DNA of 64,000 nucleotides from Lama glama. Its lineage: Eukaryota. Below, in pieces: positions 38,754 to 51,699 of this stretch (its first letter is position 1; each line of letters begins with the position of its first letter). A program made the translations under genes and the position numbers. Where the stretch lies: assembly GCA_028534125.1 (NCBI GenBank), contig CM052820.1, positions 66,526,001 to 66,590,000 of the forward strand, written 5' to 3'. The notes beneath the pieces were generated by a model. The model saw only the letters and a program-made list of their open reading frames with translations. It ran no database searches and was not told the origin of the DNA.

Positions 38754-41700
38754 TTTTAAGATTTTTCACAAGAAAACTACAAATGAAGGCTACGTTAATA
38801 CACTAAAATACATAAATAATGTAGGCAAGTTTATCTTCCCTACAAGACAAACTAAAATGAAAGTAAAAGACTGAATTGGAACTAATCCTACTATTCTTCT
38901 ATCGTGTGCCCATGACAATGCTGTTGGAAAACTACATATTAGAAATAGGTTCTGGTAAAATTTAGAATCGTTTGCTCAGAATTGTTACGCACTTTATGCC
39001 GTATGGACCAAGCATGTTTTCAAGAGGACAAACATTATTTCCTCGGAAATCTTCCAGCTGTGGAATCATAACCAATATTGCTTTCAAAAATGGATCCCAA
39101 AGTATTCCTTGAAAAATGTCGAGCCTGGCTTATTAAAAGTGCTGCCTGCTGAAATCCTCAGTGGATGAAATGAGTTGTGGCACTGGAAACTTCCGCAGCT
39201 TATAATGTTAGAATCTGCCTCAAATCTGCAGCTTAACTTAATTCTACTACTAGCCTGGAAAACAGAGTTGTGAGTGTTTAGGGAAAACCCACCTGGCCAG
39301 CAAACTCATGAGCCTAATTAAAGTTAATAGAGAAATTAAAAGAGGAAAACATTGGCTCAGTAGTGGTAAGAAGAAATGTATAATGTAATAGAAAATCAGG
39401 GCAGGAACTTATATTTTTGTGTTAGGCATTTGTTAGAAGTACTTCTTCCTGAGGACATGAAAGAGGAATTGCTATTATTTGACTTGCTATGTATTATGGG
39501 GGATGTGTTACAGTTCAATATATTACTTTCATGCTGACGAAAATTAACATTTTAGGCTAAATAGTAACCAAGTGGAAATACTGTTTTAGTCAATGAATAC
39601 ACTTGCAAATCTGCAGACACAGTAAGTTCTGTAATATTAGGAATATTAGTAAATTAATATTAGCACATATACCAGTAATAATATTAGTAAAGATATTAGT
39701 AATATATGTAATGTTAGTAAAAGGCATTATCCTTGCCTTTCATAGGAAAAATGTCTAACACTGAATTGAACTGAATTCTAGAGAAATGTAATAGTGCCAA
39801 CCTTAAGTGCTAAATTCTTAGAGATAAAAAAATGCACGAGTTCAGAAAAGAGGGAGAAAAGCAAAGACTGTGGTAGCCAGGAAAAACTTGTTAGGAAGAC
39901 TTGAATCATTTCCTTAAAAACGGAAAGAAATAAAATGAATAGGGCCTATATTCACATTTTAAAAGACATAAAAGATATTTACCTATTCAAATTTCAGAGT
40001 CCTTTCCAATATAATATGTGATTCAATGTTGAGTCAAGTTACAAAACATACCTGGGGCAGAAGGAAGAGCCAGCAAAACTTTAGTGCTTTGACAGCGATC
40101 AAAAAATCAGATCTCCATCCTGATCAGGCAGGAAATCTATTATTAGATGCGTGAAGCAGACTAGGTCAGGAGTGGAGGGCAGCCGGTGCAGGACACCTGC
40201 CTCGCAGAAGCAGGCAGCTTCCACCCAGGACAAGCTGACCACTGCCTCGAGAGGAGGACAAGGCCACCTCACCAGGTCGTTTGGTTTATCAAAGGAAGCT
40301 GACTTAGCTTTCAAGTAATCTCTCTCCAAATTCTAAAGAGATCTTATGGTCAAACTAAATACCTTTTGCCACTCGGGACAGGTCTACCAGTCCTGCTGTG
40401 GGTTTTTCCGTAGGTAGTCCACATCAGAGAGAAGCCTGGATCTTCAATTCTAGGAATCCTGAGAATAAGGCTCTACCTGGCTTCCAAAGCTCCTGTGTTA
40501 TATTTGAATCCCTTCTACGTGATCACATCCCCTAGCTTTTCATGAAGCTAATTCTGTGAACTATTTTAGAAGGGCCCGTCTGTTCCTGAAAGTGCTGAAG
40601 GTCAGTGTGTTTCTTACACCAGATTTCCAGCCCCTGACAGACAATTAAATCAGCAGAGCACTCACAAAAACACTGCTGTGATGGGGCCTGTACTTCTACA
40701 ATCAGACATTAGTGGCCGTATCAAGAAGAGAAATACCTGAAGATTAGTGCAGTCATCTGTTCCCCCAAACCTGAACTGCTTAATCTTCTTTCTTAAGAAA
40801 GCAGTGGTCCATGAATGTGGTGAAAGAATTAAAATTACATTTATAAAGTCATTTCTAAAAGATTTTAATGTTTTCAATATAAAAGATGGGTCATTAAAAT
40901 ATAGCTAATAAATATTATTCAGAATTCATTACTTTAGATATTCCCTCCTTAGAAACTGTGAATACTCGCTGACTGAATTATTAGAAGGTTATAATACCAG
41001 GTAGGTATTATGTGGTATTTTCCCAGTTAATTTCTGCAACATAAAAGCAACACATGGGGAAAGGGGAAAGCTTAAACCAAAATAAATCTGTTCTTTTGCT
41101 TCAGGAAATATTATTCTATCATACCATGTAAGTTAGGACCTGTGTGAACTGTTTAAATATTACGGCCAATTCTAACTGTATGTAATTCTATACCATGAGA
41201 GGTAAATGTTGCTGAAAACATCATGCATTTACTAATTCCATCAATGAGGATTTACTGAATTCTTACAAGGTTCTACACCTGATGCAGAAAAAAAAAAATC
41301 TTACTAAAGTTACTTGGTTGGAAATCATTTATTTTCCTTGCATTTTTCAATTGACAGCCTCTACTTCAAAATCATCCAGGCTAAAGGTCAGAAGCACCAA
41401 TAGCAACAGGTTCTAAGACAGACGGTCTTGCTGCACACCACCCACCAGACGTCATCTACGCAATGTGTAGGGTTGCTGTTACTACTGTGACAACCTTTTT
41501 GAATTTGAAATGTCAGATAGCCTCAATATCCAGAAATAGCTGACCATTTGGGAGGTAAATATGCTAACCAAATAATCAAAATGCTAATCAAAATCAATGA
41601 CCTACATGTAAACAAAGACAGAACAACATTAACTATAAAATGCTATCTGTGCATACTGGAATGAGCTTTGGGCTGGGACTTGTTTGGGCTTTTATCACAA

Positions 41701-41992
41701 AGTAGCTGCAACCTTGATAAAAGAGCTATCAGCTCTCTGCTCCCCTGAGAAAGCAGAGAGAGGAACTGGGTGGTCTCTTAGCTCTCTGCCCTGTCTAGAA
41801 TTTCGTTTTTCTTTCAAGCTATTTCTATTCTGTGGTAATTAGATTTATGAAACAAAAATGATGTTTTCCCAAATGTAGTTTGATATGGATATACTAATAA
41901 GTTGTAATATTTACAGGTTGGGTAAATATTTTTATATCCAACAAAATATTTTTTCTTTCTTATAAAAAGTGTTTTATCCATATCTACATAAT

Positions 41993-42040
41993 ATCTATCT
42001 ATCTATCTATCTATCCATCCATCCATCCATTTATCCATCC
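41993..42040. repeat. Compound (TCTA)n(TCCA)n tetranucleotide repeat
   Basis: Read directly. Confidence 0.9.
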
Positions 42041-42049
42041 ATTCTACCT

Positions 42050-42580
42050 GGAATGCCAAACTACAAAGAAAACCACTGTTGCAATTTTGGTATATTTCTA
42101 TGTCTTGTTAGTTGTTTACTCTTTGCAGTTATACGTACTTATTTATATAACTTTGTCATTGAACTGTATTAGCTTCTCATTCTTCTTTTTACTCCACTCT
42201 GCATTACGTCAAAATCTTACTCCATGTCATTAGATAATTTTTAAAAGCATGACTACAAAAACCTTTCACTAGATGTACATATTACAGTTGATTAACATTC
42301 TCCAAATGTTAGACATTTAAGTTGTTTTTCACTTCTTATTTTGCAACGAAAATCATTACAGATAAATCTTATGGTACACTTATAAATATTTCCTTGAGAT
42401 CAATTCCTAAGTTTGGATGTGTGATTTTTAAAGCTTTTGACTTGTGCTACAATGCCATCTGGAATGACTGTGTCAATTCACTCTGCCACCAGTGTAGAAA
42501 CTGTCTATTTTTGATTAACACAGTGGTGTGTATTACCTCAATATGATAGGTGGCCCTTGAAATGAGATTTTATTTGGCTT
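42050..42580 (-). mobile_element. Old L1ME-type fragment
   Basis: 'aaccactgttgcaattttggtata', 'gttagacatttaagttgtttt', 'atttccttgagatcaattcctaag' and 'tgtcaattcactctgccaccagtgta' resemble antisense L1M ORF2-end/3'UTR sequence. Confidence 0.6.
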
Positions 42581-42686
42581 CCTGGAGATCAACAGGGGAA
42601 GGACTGCCACCATAATCTCTAATTTCTTAATCATTGTCTTTGACCATTCTTAAAAGCGAAAAACTAGGCATGGTGCCCACCTTTTA

Positions 42687-42718
42687 CATGTGTGCGCGTG
42701 CGCACGCATGCATACACT

Positions 42719-42752
<34 letters not shown>
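42687..42752. repeat. Alternating purine-pyrimidine tract, (TG/CG) mixed then (CA)n
   Basis: Read directly: catgtgtgcgcgtgcgcacgcatgcatacac...(ca)n. Confidence 0.9.
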
Positions 42753-42753
<1 letters not shown>

Positions 42754-44454
42754 CCGCCATGGTCATACACGTAAGATGAACCTTCTGGTGACAGCAAACA
42801 GACTCCCACTGACATACACAATCAGGGAAGGGAGGACTCTGCTGAGACCGCTTGGTTATAAGCCAGCTGTCAAGAGGCCATGGAGAGCTAGAGTGAGTCT
42901 TCAGGGGATCCTGCCTGGTTGAGAAAATAGCTTCTAAGATGATAGCAGTGTAGATGGAAGAGATCTTTCCCTTTATCTACCAGAGAAAGAAAACTGTTGC
43001 CAGGAAATGAAGTATTTTCAAAACCCAACAACAACAATAAATAGAAAAATTTGCTAATTTTGCCAGCTAGCACAAGGAACGCGGCCGCCAGTCCAAAGGC
43101 ACTGTGTCCAACTCAGAGCTGGATTCACTTTAACAAAAATTTCCCTAGTCAGCCACCTAAGTGTCTGTTGAATTAGGCAAGAAGCCAAACTGGGATAGAA
43201 ACAGTCACTCACATGAAATGTCCGTTTCCATTTGGATCTCTGTGGCCCTTTCCCATGTCATGGTGAAAAAATGCTTCCTCTGCTTGGATGTTTTCAGGAT
43301 GCCTTGGTTTGAGGAGGAAGTTAGAGTTGCCGTTCAGAAGGCATCTATAGGAGGGGAAGCCACAGCTTTGTACACTCAGACCCAGGCTGTCCATGCCTTA
43401 AAAAAAAAAAAAAAAGAACATTATTCCTTGCCCACGCCTACCCATGATTTTGATGTTGAAAGAAACCTGTTGTGGTTTAAATGACTCGGTCAGTTCTTCT
43501 GGGATTTTCCAAAGTTTCCTATAAAAAGAAATCTGTGGGAAATGGATGATTGCATAATCACTAACATATGCCAATTTCTCTAAACCTGTTATCTTTTGGT
43601 ATTTTGAAATTCATTGTCCCAACTACTGAATTGCTATCTAAATTCTAATAGTTTCAAGTCATGATGCAAAATTGTAGTCTCTCTTATTTAACCTTTGAAG
43701 GGCACCTAGTTGAAGAAAAAGCAAATATCACAAAAGGTAAGGCCAAGTTGTGTAAGCAGCAAAATTAGCAGGACAGGATGATGAAGGGTGGGAAAATAAA
43801 AAATTTTATTTCATCCAGATAAATGGTGGGTGGAACGAAAACTTGATTTCTTTGATTACCTGGATACCTTAAATCATATTACGTTTAGCCTGACTTAAGA
43901 CAATAAATGCCTCTTATTTTCTTTTTTGGAAGTGTGGACTTGGCTAACTAGTAAGATTATTTGTCTTTTTTATCCATAGCAGACACAGAATTTATTCATT
44001 CTTGCTTAAGAAAACATTAAAGTGCCTGGGCCCAGAAAAACAGCTTTAAAATTGAAGAAAGGCTGGAGATCAAGCTTAAAAGGCATCACATTTCTATGTG
44101 CGGTGGGGAAGGAAGTAAGATGAATGCTATTCACTTTCTATGAGAATGATCATCAATGATGCCTGATCTTCAATTAAATACGTTCTAGATAAAGAATTCC
44201 AGAGGCTGCTATTCCTGGCAGTGGCACAGGAGAGAATCCACAGGTTTATCACTTACTGATACCAAGGATCCCACAAGAAAATGGATGCTAGGAGTGAATC
44301 CGTTCTTCTTTCACACTCCCTTGACTATTACTACCTTTTGTGAAAAGTTAAATTGAAGAGTCCAGTGAGGTAACTGACGGTTGACCAGATGGACATATGT
44401 TAGTACCATATAAACTAAGGTTCCCCAGCCAGCATTCAGTTAGGGTGGAGCACA

Positions 44455-44660
44455 CTGGTTCTCAACCCTGGCTGACATTAGAATCACCTGGGGAACTTTC
44501 AAACTACCCACACTTTCAGTCTGCTCTACACCAAGTAAATCAGACCATGGGCATGAGACCAAGGCATAGGTGGTGGTGTTTCTTTGTTTGTTTGCTTGTT
44601 GGTCTGTTGGGTTTTTTTAGAAGGTCCCTGGGTGATTCCAATGTGCAGCCAGAAAAGGGA
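44455..44660. mobile_element. MER5A hAT element
   Basis: 'ctggttctcaaccctggctgacattagaatcacctggggaacttt...ccctgggtgattccaatgtgcagccag'. Confidence 0.85.
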
Positions 44661-45918
44661 CCCACTTTCATGCTCTTATGGCATCTAGGACTTTTCTGTC
44701 TTAAACCACACTCTACTTGCTTGTGGATACGTTTTTAAATGTACAGTCTTTGCAAGACAATAAGAAAGTTTATTTTGCTACTGCTATATTCACAAGACTT
44801 AAAATCGCATTCAATGCACATTTACAAATAATAATAATTGGATAAATGATTATAAGGTAACATTTTAACAGTGAATGATTATTTCATGTGATGAATACAT
44901 TATGAGAGGAAAATTATAGCATAGGGCATTATTGTTCAGATAAAACTTGAAAATGCTGAATTTTTGCCTGGGTCATGAAGGCAGGAGGGACTGTGGCTTA
45001 TCAAAAAGAACTGCATGAGTGGAGATGGAAAGGCTTGTGCTAAGCATTTTGCAGCATGAGAGGACTCAAATTCCACTCAAGAAGTATCTAGTCCTGCCCT
45101 CTGTACTCATGACAGAATATTTGACATTCTGAAAAAAATCTACCCAGTTTTAAAAGAATTCTAGAAAATATTGGAAGCTAAAAGTGTTAGAAACAATACT
45201 TTGCAATCACAAGGAAAGGAGCTAGCAAATATCTACAGTCAATAAGTAATATTTAATAACTTCAAAAATATTTCTAGTTTGAGAGATTAGGGAAAAATGA
45301 ATATTATATCTGTATCTCCATGAAAGCTAATACATCATATCATCATTGATAAGATGGAGATTTGGGGTTAAATCATGGTACAGTTAAGGGGAGTTGTGTC
45401 TTGTTGAAAGTTTCATATTTTATTTGTGAGGCAATATTATGTAATCAAAATTGCCCTTGAAATAGTTGTTAGTATGTCTCAATAAATCAACACAGCCAGT
45501 TTTTCCTCCGGCTATGAAACTAATCATTTTTTCTATGATTGAGCATTATATAAAGTAGTTGGCTCATGTTTGCAAACCATATTGTACACCCCCCCAACAT
45601 CTTTAAAAACTAGAATCACATTCAGCCTGACAAAACGATAAAACTAAAAACTTCATGAAAATGAGAAATCTGATGAGAACTGAAACTACCAAGTATATGC
45701 CAGTTGAGCAGAATGAAGGGCAGACGAGCCTCATTGTGTACAGTGGTCTCTCTTTCCCTCTCTCAGTCCTCCCCACTCTTATTTTTATTGTGTGGAGAAT
45801 ATAATTCAATTAATGTAAGTTAAATTTCTCTCTGATGAAATGCAACTAAAGTCATTTGATCATTATCAAGCCAAGGAGCATATCTGACGTGGTATAACAT
45901 GGGCTTCTGTTCTTTTAT

Positions 45919-46354
45919 TGGAGATTGTCATACTAAGTAAAGTGAGCCAGAAAGAGAAAGAAAAATACCATATGATATCACTTATATGTGGAGTCTAAAA
46001 AAATGAGGCAAATGAAGTTATTTGCAGAATAGAAACAGACTCACAGACATAGAAAACAAACTTGTGGTTACCAGGGAGGGGGAAGGGGATGGAGAAATAA
46101 ACTGGGAGTTCAAGATTTGCTGATACTAACTAATATAGATAAAATATACGTAAACAGAAAGGTCATACTGTATAGCACAGTGAACTATATTCAATGCCTT
46201 GTAATAGCCTATAATGAAAGAGTGTGAAAAGGAAAAAAAATATATATATGTACATATAACTGAATCACTATGCTGTATACCAGAAATTAACTCAACATCA
46301 CAAGCTGACTATACTTCAATAAAAATAAGTAAAATCATAATTTTTAAAAATAAA
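45919..46354 (+). mobile_element. 5'-truncated L1 3' end (cetartiodactyl/camelid type)
   Basis: 'ggagattgtcatactaagtaaagtgagccagaaagagaaagaaaaataccatatgatatcacttatatgtgg...aaacagactcacagacatagaaaacaaactt...ctgtatagcacagtgaactatattcaat...gactatacttcaataaaa' plus an A-rich tail. Confidence 0.92.
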
Positions 46355-46449
46355 AAATTTCTCTAATGAAATGCAACTTAAGTCACCTGATCACCATTAA
46401 GCTAAGAAGCACGTTTGACATGGTATAACATGGGCTTCTGTTCTCTTAC

Positions 46450-46573
46450 CTCTGTTCAAAGTTTTTGAGTATGATGAATTAAGAGATGCAGAAAGAAGTG
46501 AATTCATGTTTTCATGGTAACAAAGTTTGAAAGAGAGCTAGTCAATATATAAACAGATCTCAACAATCGAGAA
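46450..46573 (-). other. Candidate 124-nt non-coding / 5'UTR / poison exon
   Basis: Acceptor ttatcttcctttgcag| and donor GAG|GTAAGA. All three frames contain stops. An internal ATG would give MNSLLSASLNSSYSKTLNR in phase 1. Confidence 0.3.
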
Positions 46574-47299
46574 CTGCAAAGGAAGATAATATTTAGCAGA
46601 ACAAAATTTAAACTTATAAACTTGTTCCAAATATTAGTTAAGTTCAGTGTGACAACTATGTAAGTTTATATGAAAAAGGCCACCTGTTGAATATGAATGC
46701 AAAAATCAAGAGCTACAGTGGTAACTCTGTTAGAATAATAATCTATGTTGTAGGAATATATTTTTAAATGTTGTTTTTAAGGATACACTTAGAAAAGTAG
46801 TAATACGGTGGTTATAAAAGTTGAGATAGAAAGTAAATCTGAATCCCCCTATTCTAATTTCAAATAACATCTACATTTTTTCCAAGTCTCCAAATATTTT
46901 TAGCAAAATAAATGTTAACAGTGATTACCTCAATGGCATCTATCAAGTTAAATGAATGAGTCTTAAGGCAACTTGAAGCTCCTTAAAAGGAGTTTAAGAG
47001 TTGGTAGTTTTCCTATGATTTACATGAAATAAAATGAATTTTTATTGTAAAATGGTTCACCTGGAATGATCATGGATTCACTTTATAAAGGTAGAACTAT
47101 AGGTTTGGAAAGGACTGTAGCCACCATCAGGTCTGAATTCCCTCTCACTGAAATACTTTCTTCATAGTACATGGAATACCTTGATAGTACAAGGAAAAGA
47201 AATCTTACAAGTTTATTAATACAAGTATCAGTAAGATATTTGAATCTCCTTTAAAACATGTCTTCTATGTATATATTTAGCTAGTCAACTAGTCACCAC

Positions 47300-48620
47300 C
47301 AGAACATGAATTTGAGAGGCAGACTCTTAACTGTTGGAAAATTCTAGTGATTCAAATGGACATTATCAGCCCCAACCTCTTGAACTCCATCCAGACTTCA
47401 ATATTCAAGTGTCAACTAATCATCTCTACCTATCATTCCCAAAATGAATTCTAATTTTCACCCCTTCCTACCTGTTCCTCCTCCAGGAGTTTCTTCTCAA
47501 TTTATATTGTTAACCCTACTGTCACCTTAGTTTTCAGTGGGGAATCTGATCGATATAAATTACTGGCATTTGGGTTCACATCTGCCCTCATGTTATTTGC
47601 TTTCTATCTGGTCTACCTGTGCTATACGTCTTTCTTGATGTTTCTTTTTGACTAATCAGATCTTTTTACTCTATCTTCTCTTTGTTAGTTTGCTAGTAGT
47701 ACCTTTTCTAGCTTTCCTTTTAGTGGATATCTTATAGATTGCAACATGTATTCTTTGCTTATTACTGTCTTCCAAATTTCTTCATAAGTGGTCGTCTCAT
47801 TTTTATAGTTGCATAAGCTCAAACCTTGGAATTAACCTTGCTTCTTTTCCTACTTTATCCCCCAAATACAATGCACCAGGAAAACCCTTTGGTCAACTTC
47901 AAAACATGTTCAAAATTCAACCATTGCTAACTACCTCTCCTTGCCGTCCAGTATAAACTATTACCAGCTTTTACCAAGCCTGTGCAAACAGCTTCCTTAA
48001 CGGGCTCTCTCCCCTCTTGCTTCACTAGAATCTGTTCTGCTTACTGTTGGTGGGAGTCTTTAAAACGTAAACCCTATGATATCAGTACCGTGCTCAAAAC
48101 TACAAAAGCTGGCCAGCTCACGTAGAATCAACTCCTGAAACCTTACCTTATCCTTTGAGGTCCAGCAAAATTGGTCCCCTTTCTCTTTTGTAGCCTCACC
48201 TCACACTCCTCTCTAGCCTCACCGGTCCCTAGTTATTCCTAAAATACATTCCACACAGCCCCTGCCTCAGAGCCTTTGAATGTCTGCTACTCTGGGCAGG
48301 ACCAGTCTTCCCACAGTTACCCATGTGATTTGCTCTCTCATTTCAGCCAGATCTCTGCTCAAATGTCACCTCCTCAAAACAATATTCTTTAGATATCTTT
48401 TCTAAATCAACACACCTCCCTCTTTATACTCTTGCTCTACTTTATCTTCATAGAAAAGCCTGATGCACTTACCATGTGTCTTCTTGTTTATCATCTTCCT
48501 ATTCCCCTTTAAATGCAAACATCACGGGAGATGGAAATTTTGTTTCTTTGGTTCCCTCCCCACTGTCTTAAAAATGGCTTGAATAGACCTCAATGGATAT
48601 TTATGGAAATAAAGAATGGA
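47300..48620 (+). mobile_element. L2 LINE 3' portion with an internal old L1-like piece
   Basis: L2 motifs 'tgaactccatccagact', 'gcccctgcctcagagcctttgaa' and 'tctctgctcaaatgtcacctcctca', with tail 'gacctcaatggatatttatggaaataaagaatggat'. Confidence 0.7.
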
Positions 48621-49102
48621 TTAAAAATTGATTTCTAATTCTTAGAAAGTTACATCCCTCCCATGTAGTCTCATTTCTCTATTCATGTGCTCTCTTTCAA
48701 CAGTTTTTCAGAAGAACTCCACATATTGGACTATCCACATTCAGGTCTTACTCGGAATGCACCTTCCTGGATATTGTCACTTGCACCATTCAGGGCTGAC
48801 TACTCCTTACACACGGTCCTCAGGTCAGGCAGGAACATCCTCTCACATGCCCCCTGCTGAAATGCCAGCTCTTTGCTCCATTATTATTGGCCCAGCCACC
48901 CAAGAGATGCTAGCTCTGGGATCTTTCCCCATTACTTACTTTCTTGTTTGCTAACTGCTTAATCTTTTTTTAAATGGAATTCACATATAGTCAAAATTGT
49001 TGCTACTAAGGGCAAAGTATGGCTGAAAGTAAAGAAATGCATTACATTATTTTCCCTAAGCAGTCACTTCTCTCCTCTCCCTCTTTTTCATTACCAGATG
49101 CA

Positions 49103-49280
49103 ACAGAGCTGTCTAATAGAAATATAACACAAGCCACAAATGCAAACCACATAAGTCATTTTAAATTTTCTAGTAGCCACATTTAAAAATTGAAAACTCA
49201 CAGGGAAATTGTGATAATGTATTTTATTTAACCCAATAGATCTGAACATTGTGAGCCCAACGTGCAATCAATATGATGAT
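49103..49280 (+). mobile_element. MER33 (hAT-Charlie) 5' fragment
   Basis: 'cagagctgtctaatagaaatataacacaagccaca...ttttaaattttctagtagccacattt...attttatttaacccaata...tgcaatcaatat'. Confidence 0.8.
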
Positions 49281-51177
49281 ACAAGTTCTTTCACGAAGCA
49301 TGTGGAGGAGGTAACAGTCTGGCCATATCATGAATCTTGTAGGATGTTAAACTAAGGCAGTAGTCATTCCCACATAGAATGTTAAACTATGGTTCCCAAG
49401 GTACGGGAAGTGGGGTGTGGGGCTCATTGGTATGTGATGAGGGAATGAGAGGTGGAAGTTGGAATCATCTCAAAGACCTTTTGAAATGTTCATGTAGAAA
49501 ATAGAGAAAAAGCATGTGTAGTTTGAAAAAAATGCCCCTAGGCAATTTAGAAATCACCTCATTTCTTCTCCCAACTTGAGACCCAGAGTGGAAAAGAGAA
49601 TTCTTCCAATGGGAATGGATAATTAATAGAGACTCCTCCACTTCCAGCACTTGAAGATTACATGATATAGAAGCTTGGCGTCCTCCCAGCTCTCTCCAAA
49701 ATCATCCCACATCACATAACACTCATTTCTCCAAAGAGAGGTGAAAGACTGCACCCTTAATGTCCATTTTAGCTAAATACATCCCCTCTGGCCTGGTGTG
49801 TGAGACATACCTAGATTAATGATCAAAGGCTGCTAACAACGCAACCAATTGCTGCCACCTCTCCTCTACCACCCTCTCTCTCTGCTGGCTTGTTGCTAGT
49901 ATAAGACTTTTCACAGGACAACACCTTTGCAACCTTTCGACTTGGCATCTTAGCCTGAGTGGCTAAGTGGGTAGAATTGTATGAGGTGGCATATAAGAAC
50001 ATGAAGTTATTAAGAAAGCCAAAATGAAGTATCAAAGTGTGTTCATGCCTTTGTAGGACAATTCTGATTTGTATTTGCTTTCTTATGCCATTTTATATCC
50101 CATGATGGAGGCAGTCATGTGTGTGGGGGAAGTATTCCAGTTAGTTGACCAATTGCCTGTGAATTCATATATTGGCATCACCTTAATTCTGCTCTATGGC
50201 TTGATCTCTCCATGATTTACACTGTAACATCAGTAATCTAGACATTTCAGAGTTGTTCTGTGTAGACATTCAAAAATTATGTAAATAAATATTTTCAAAA
50301 TGCTTTGGAAAAAATAATTTTAAAATCACCAAAAGGCTTTGTTTTTCATTGTCACATGCTTTAGATGACAAGCACAATGACAGAGACTCGATGTTCCTAA
50401 ATTTTTTTTTAATATGCAAACTCCTTGATGTGAAGATTAAGAGTTTCTTGGCCCACAACAGTCTGTGTAGCTTTAAATGCCTTAATTTTTTAANNNNNNN
50501 NNNNNNNNNNNNNNNNNNNNNNNNNNNNNNNNNNNNNNNNNNNNNNNNNNNNNNNNNNNNNNNNNNNNNNNNNNNNNNNNNNNNNNNNNNNNNNNNNNNN
50601 NNNNNNNNNNNNNNNNNNNNNNNNNNNNNNNNNNNNNNNNNNNNNNNNNNNNNNNNNNNNNNNNNNNNNNNNNNNNNNNNNAGAAGTCTACCTGTACCAC
50701 TGTTGTTCCAGCTCAAAAGGTCTGTTTTTAATACCAGCTGAATATTTCAAAAGAATAACAAAAAATAAACTCCTTACCCACAATGCATTTCTTACACTCT
50801 TTGGCTTACATCTTATCATGTGGTCATTTCATAAACGCAAGGCTGGCTGGAAATTTTACAGTAAAACAGTGAATTGTCAGATCACACATACCCAGGTGGT
50901 TCCCCCACCCCCAACCTTCTTAATGATGAAAAGATTGTATATTTTTATTAAGTTAATTATTTGTGAGAAAGTTACACCAAGGATGGACAGTGGCATAAAG
51001 ACCCTGTGGTTTGTTTTGGACGAGTACCTAATGCTTATCTGCAGCCCATGGGTCCTGCAAATAGGCCGGAAAAGGCTGCAAGGATAACATTACTTCACAG
51101 ATTTTCCACAATTGTTTGCTGCCTCCAGATTTCAGCTGTACTTCTGTCCTGTTTATAACCAATCCGGGGAAACTTAC

Positions 51178-51237
51178 CTACAATCAGGGACTTTAGAACC
51201 AAATCCTTGGGAGCATCTTTGAAAAACGGCCAAGGGA
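51178..51237 (-). other. Candidate 60-nt frame-preserving cassette exon
   Basis: Acceptor acatttttattctcag| and donor TAG|GTAAGT. Open in phase 1 (xPWPFFKDAPKDLVLKSLIV) and phase 2 (xPLAVFQRCSQGFGSKVPDC), closed in phase 0. Confidence 0.3.
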
Positions 51238-51699
51238 CTGAGAATAAAAATGTGTCTTCACTTATAAATTTTGTTGAGAAAGTTATTGAATAAATGAGTG
51301 CCTGGGTTAGATACGTGTTAATTGTTTTTCTCAAGTGGAAGGATTAACTCTCTTTATCAGCATTTACACAAGATCGAACCAAGCTAAATATCCAGTCTTT
51401 ATTTGGAAAAGATTTAATTGATATCAAGTTAGTCTAATTATTTTACTTTAGAAATTTATTTTGAACATGTGAGATGCACATAATTATATATTTTTCCTGA
51501 GATATGATTATGCAATTATATTTGGTCCTGTTTCCAGGACAGAGTAACACAGAACACTGAAATTAGTAGGTGTTCAACCCATGTTTGGTGAATGCGGCCT
51601 AATGAGGCAATATAATGGGGAGAGCCTCGTACAGTACCTTTGTCTATCCGTGATTTGAATAATTTCCCAATTCTTAACTAACGTAAAAAGGGGCTGTCA

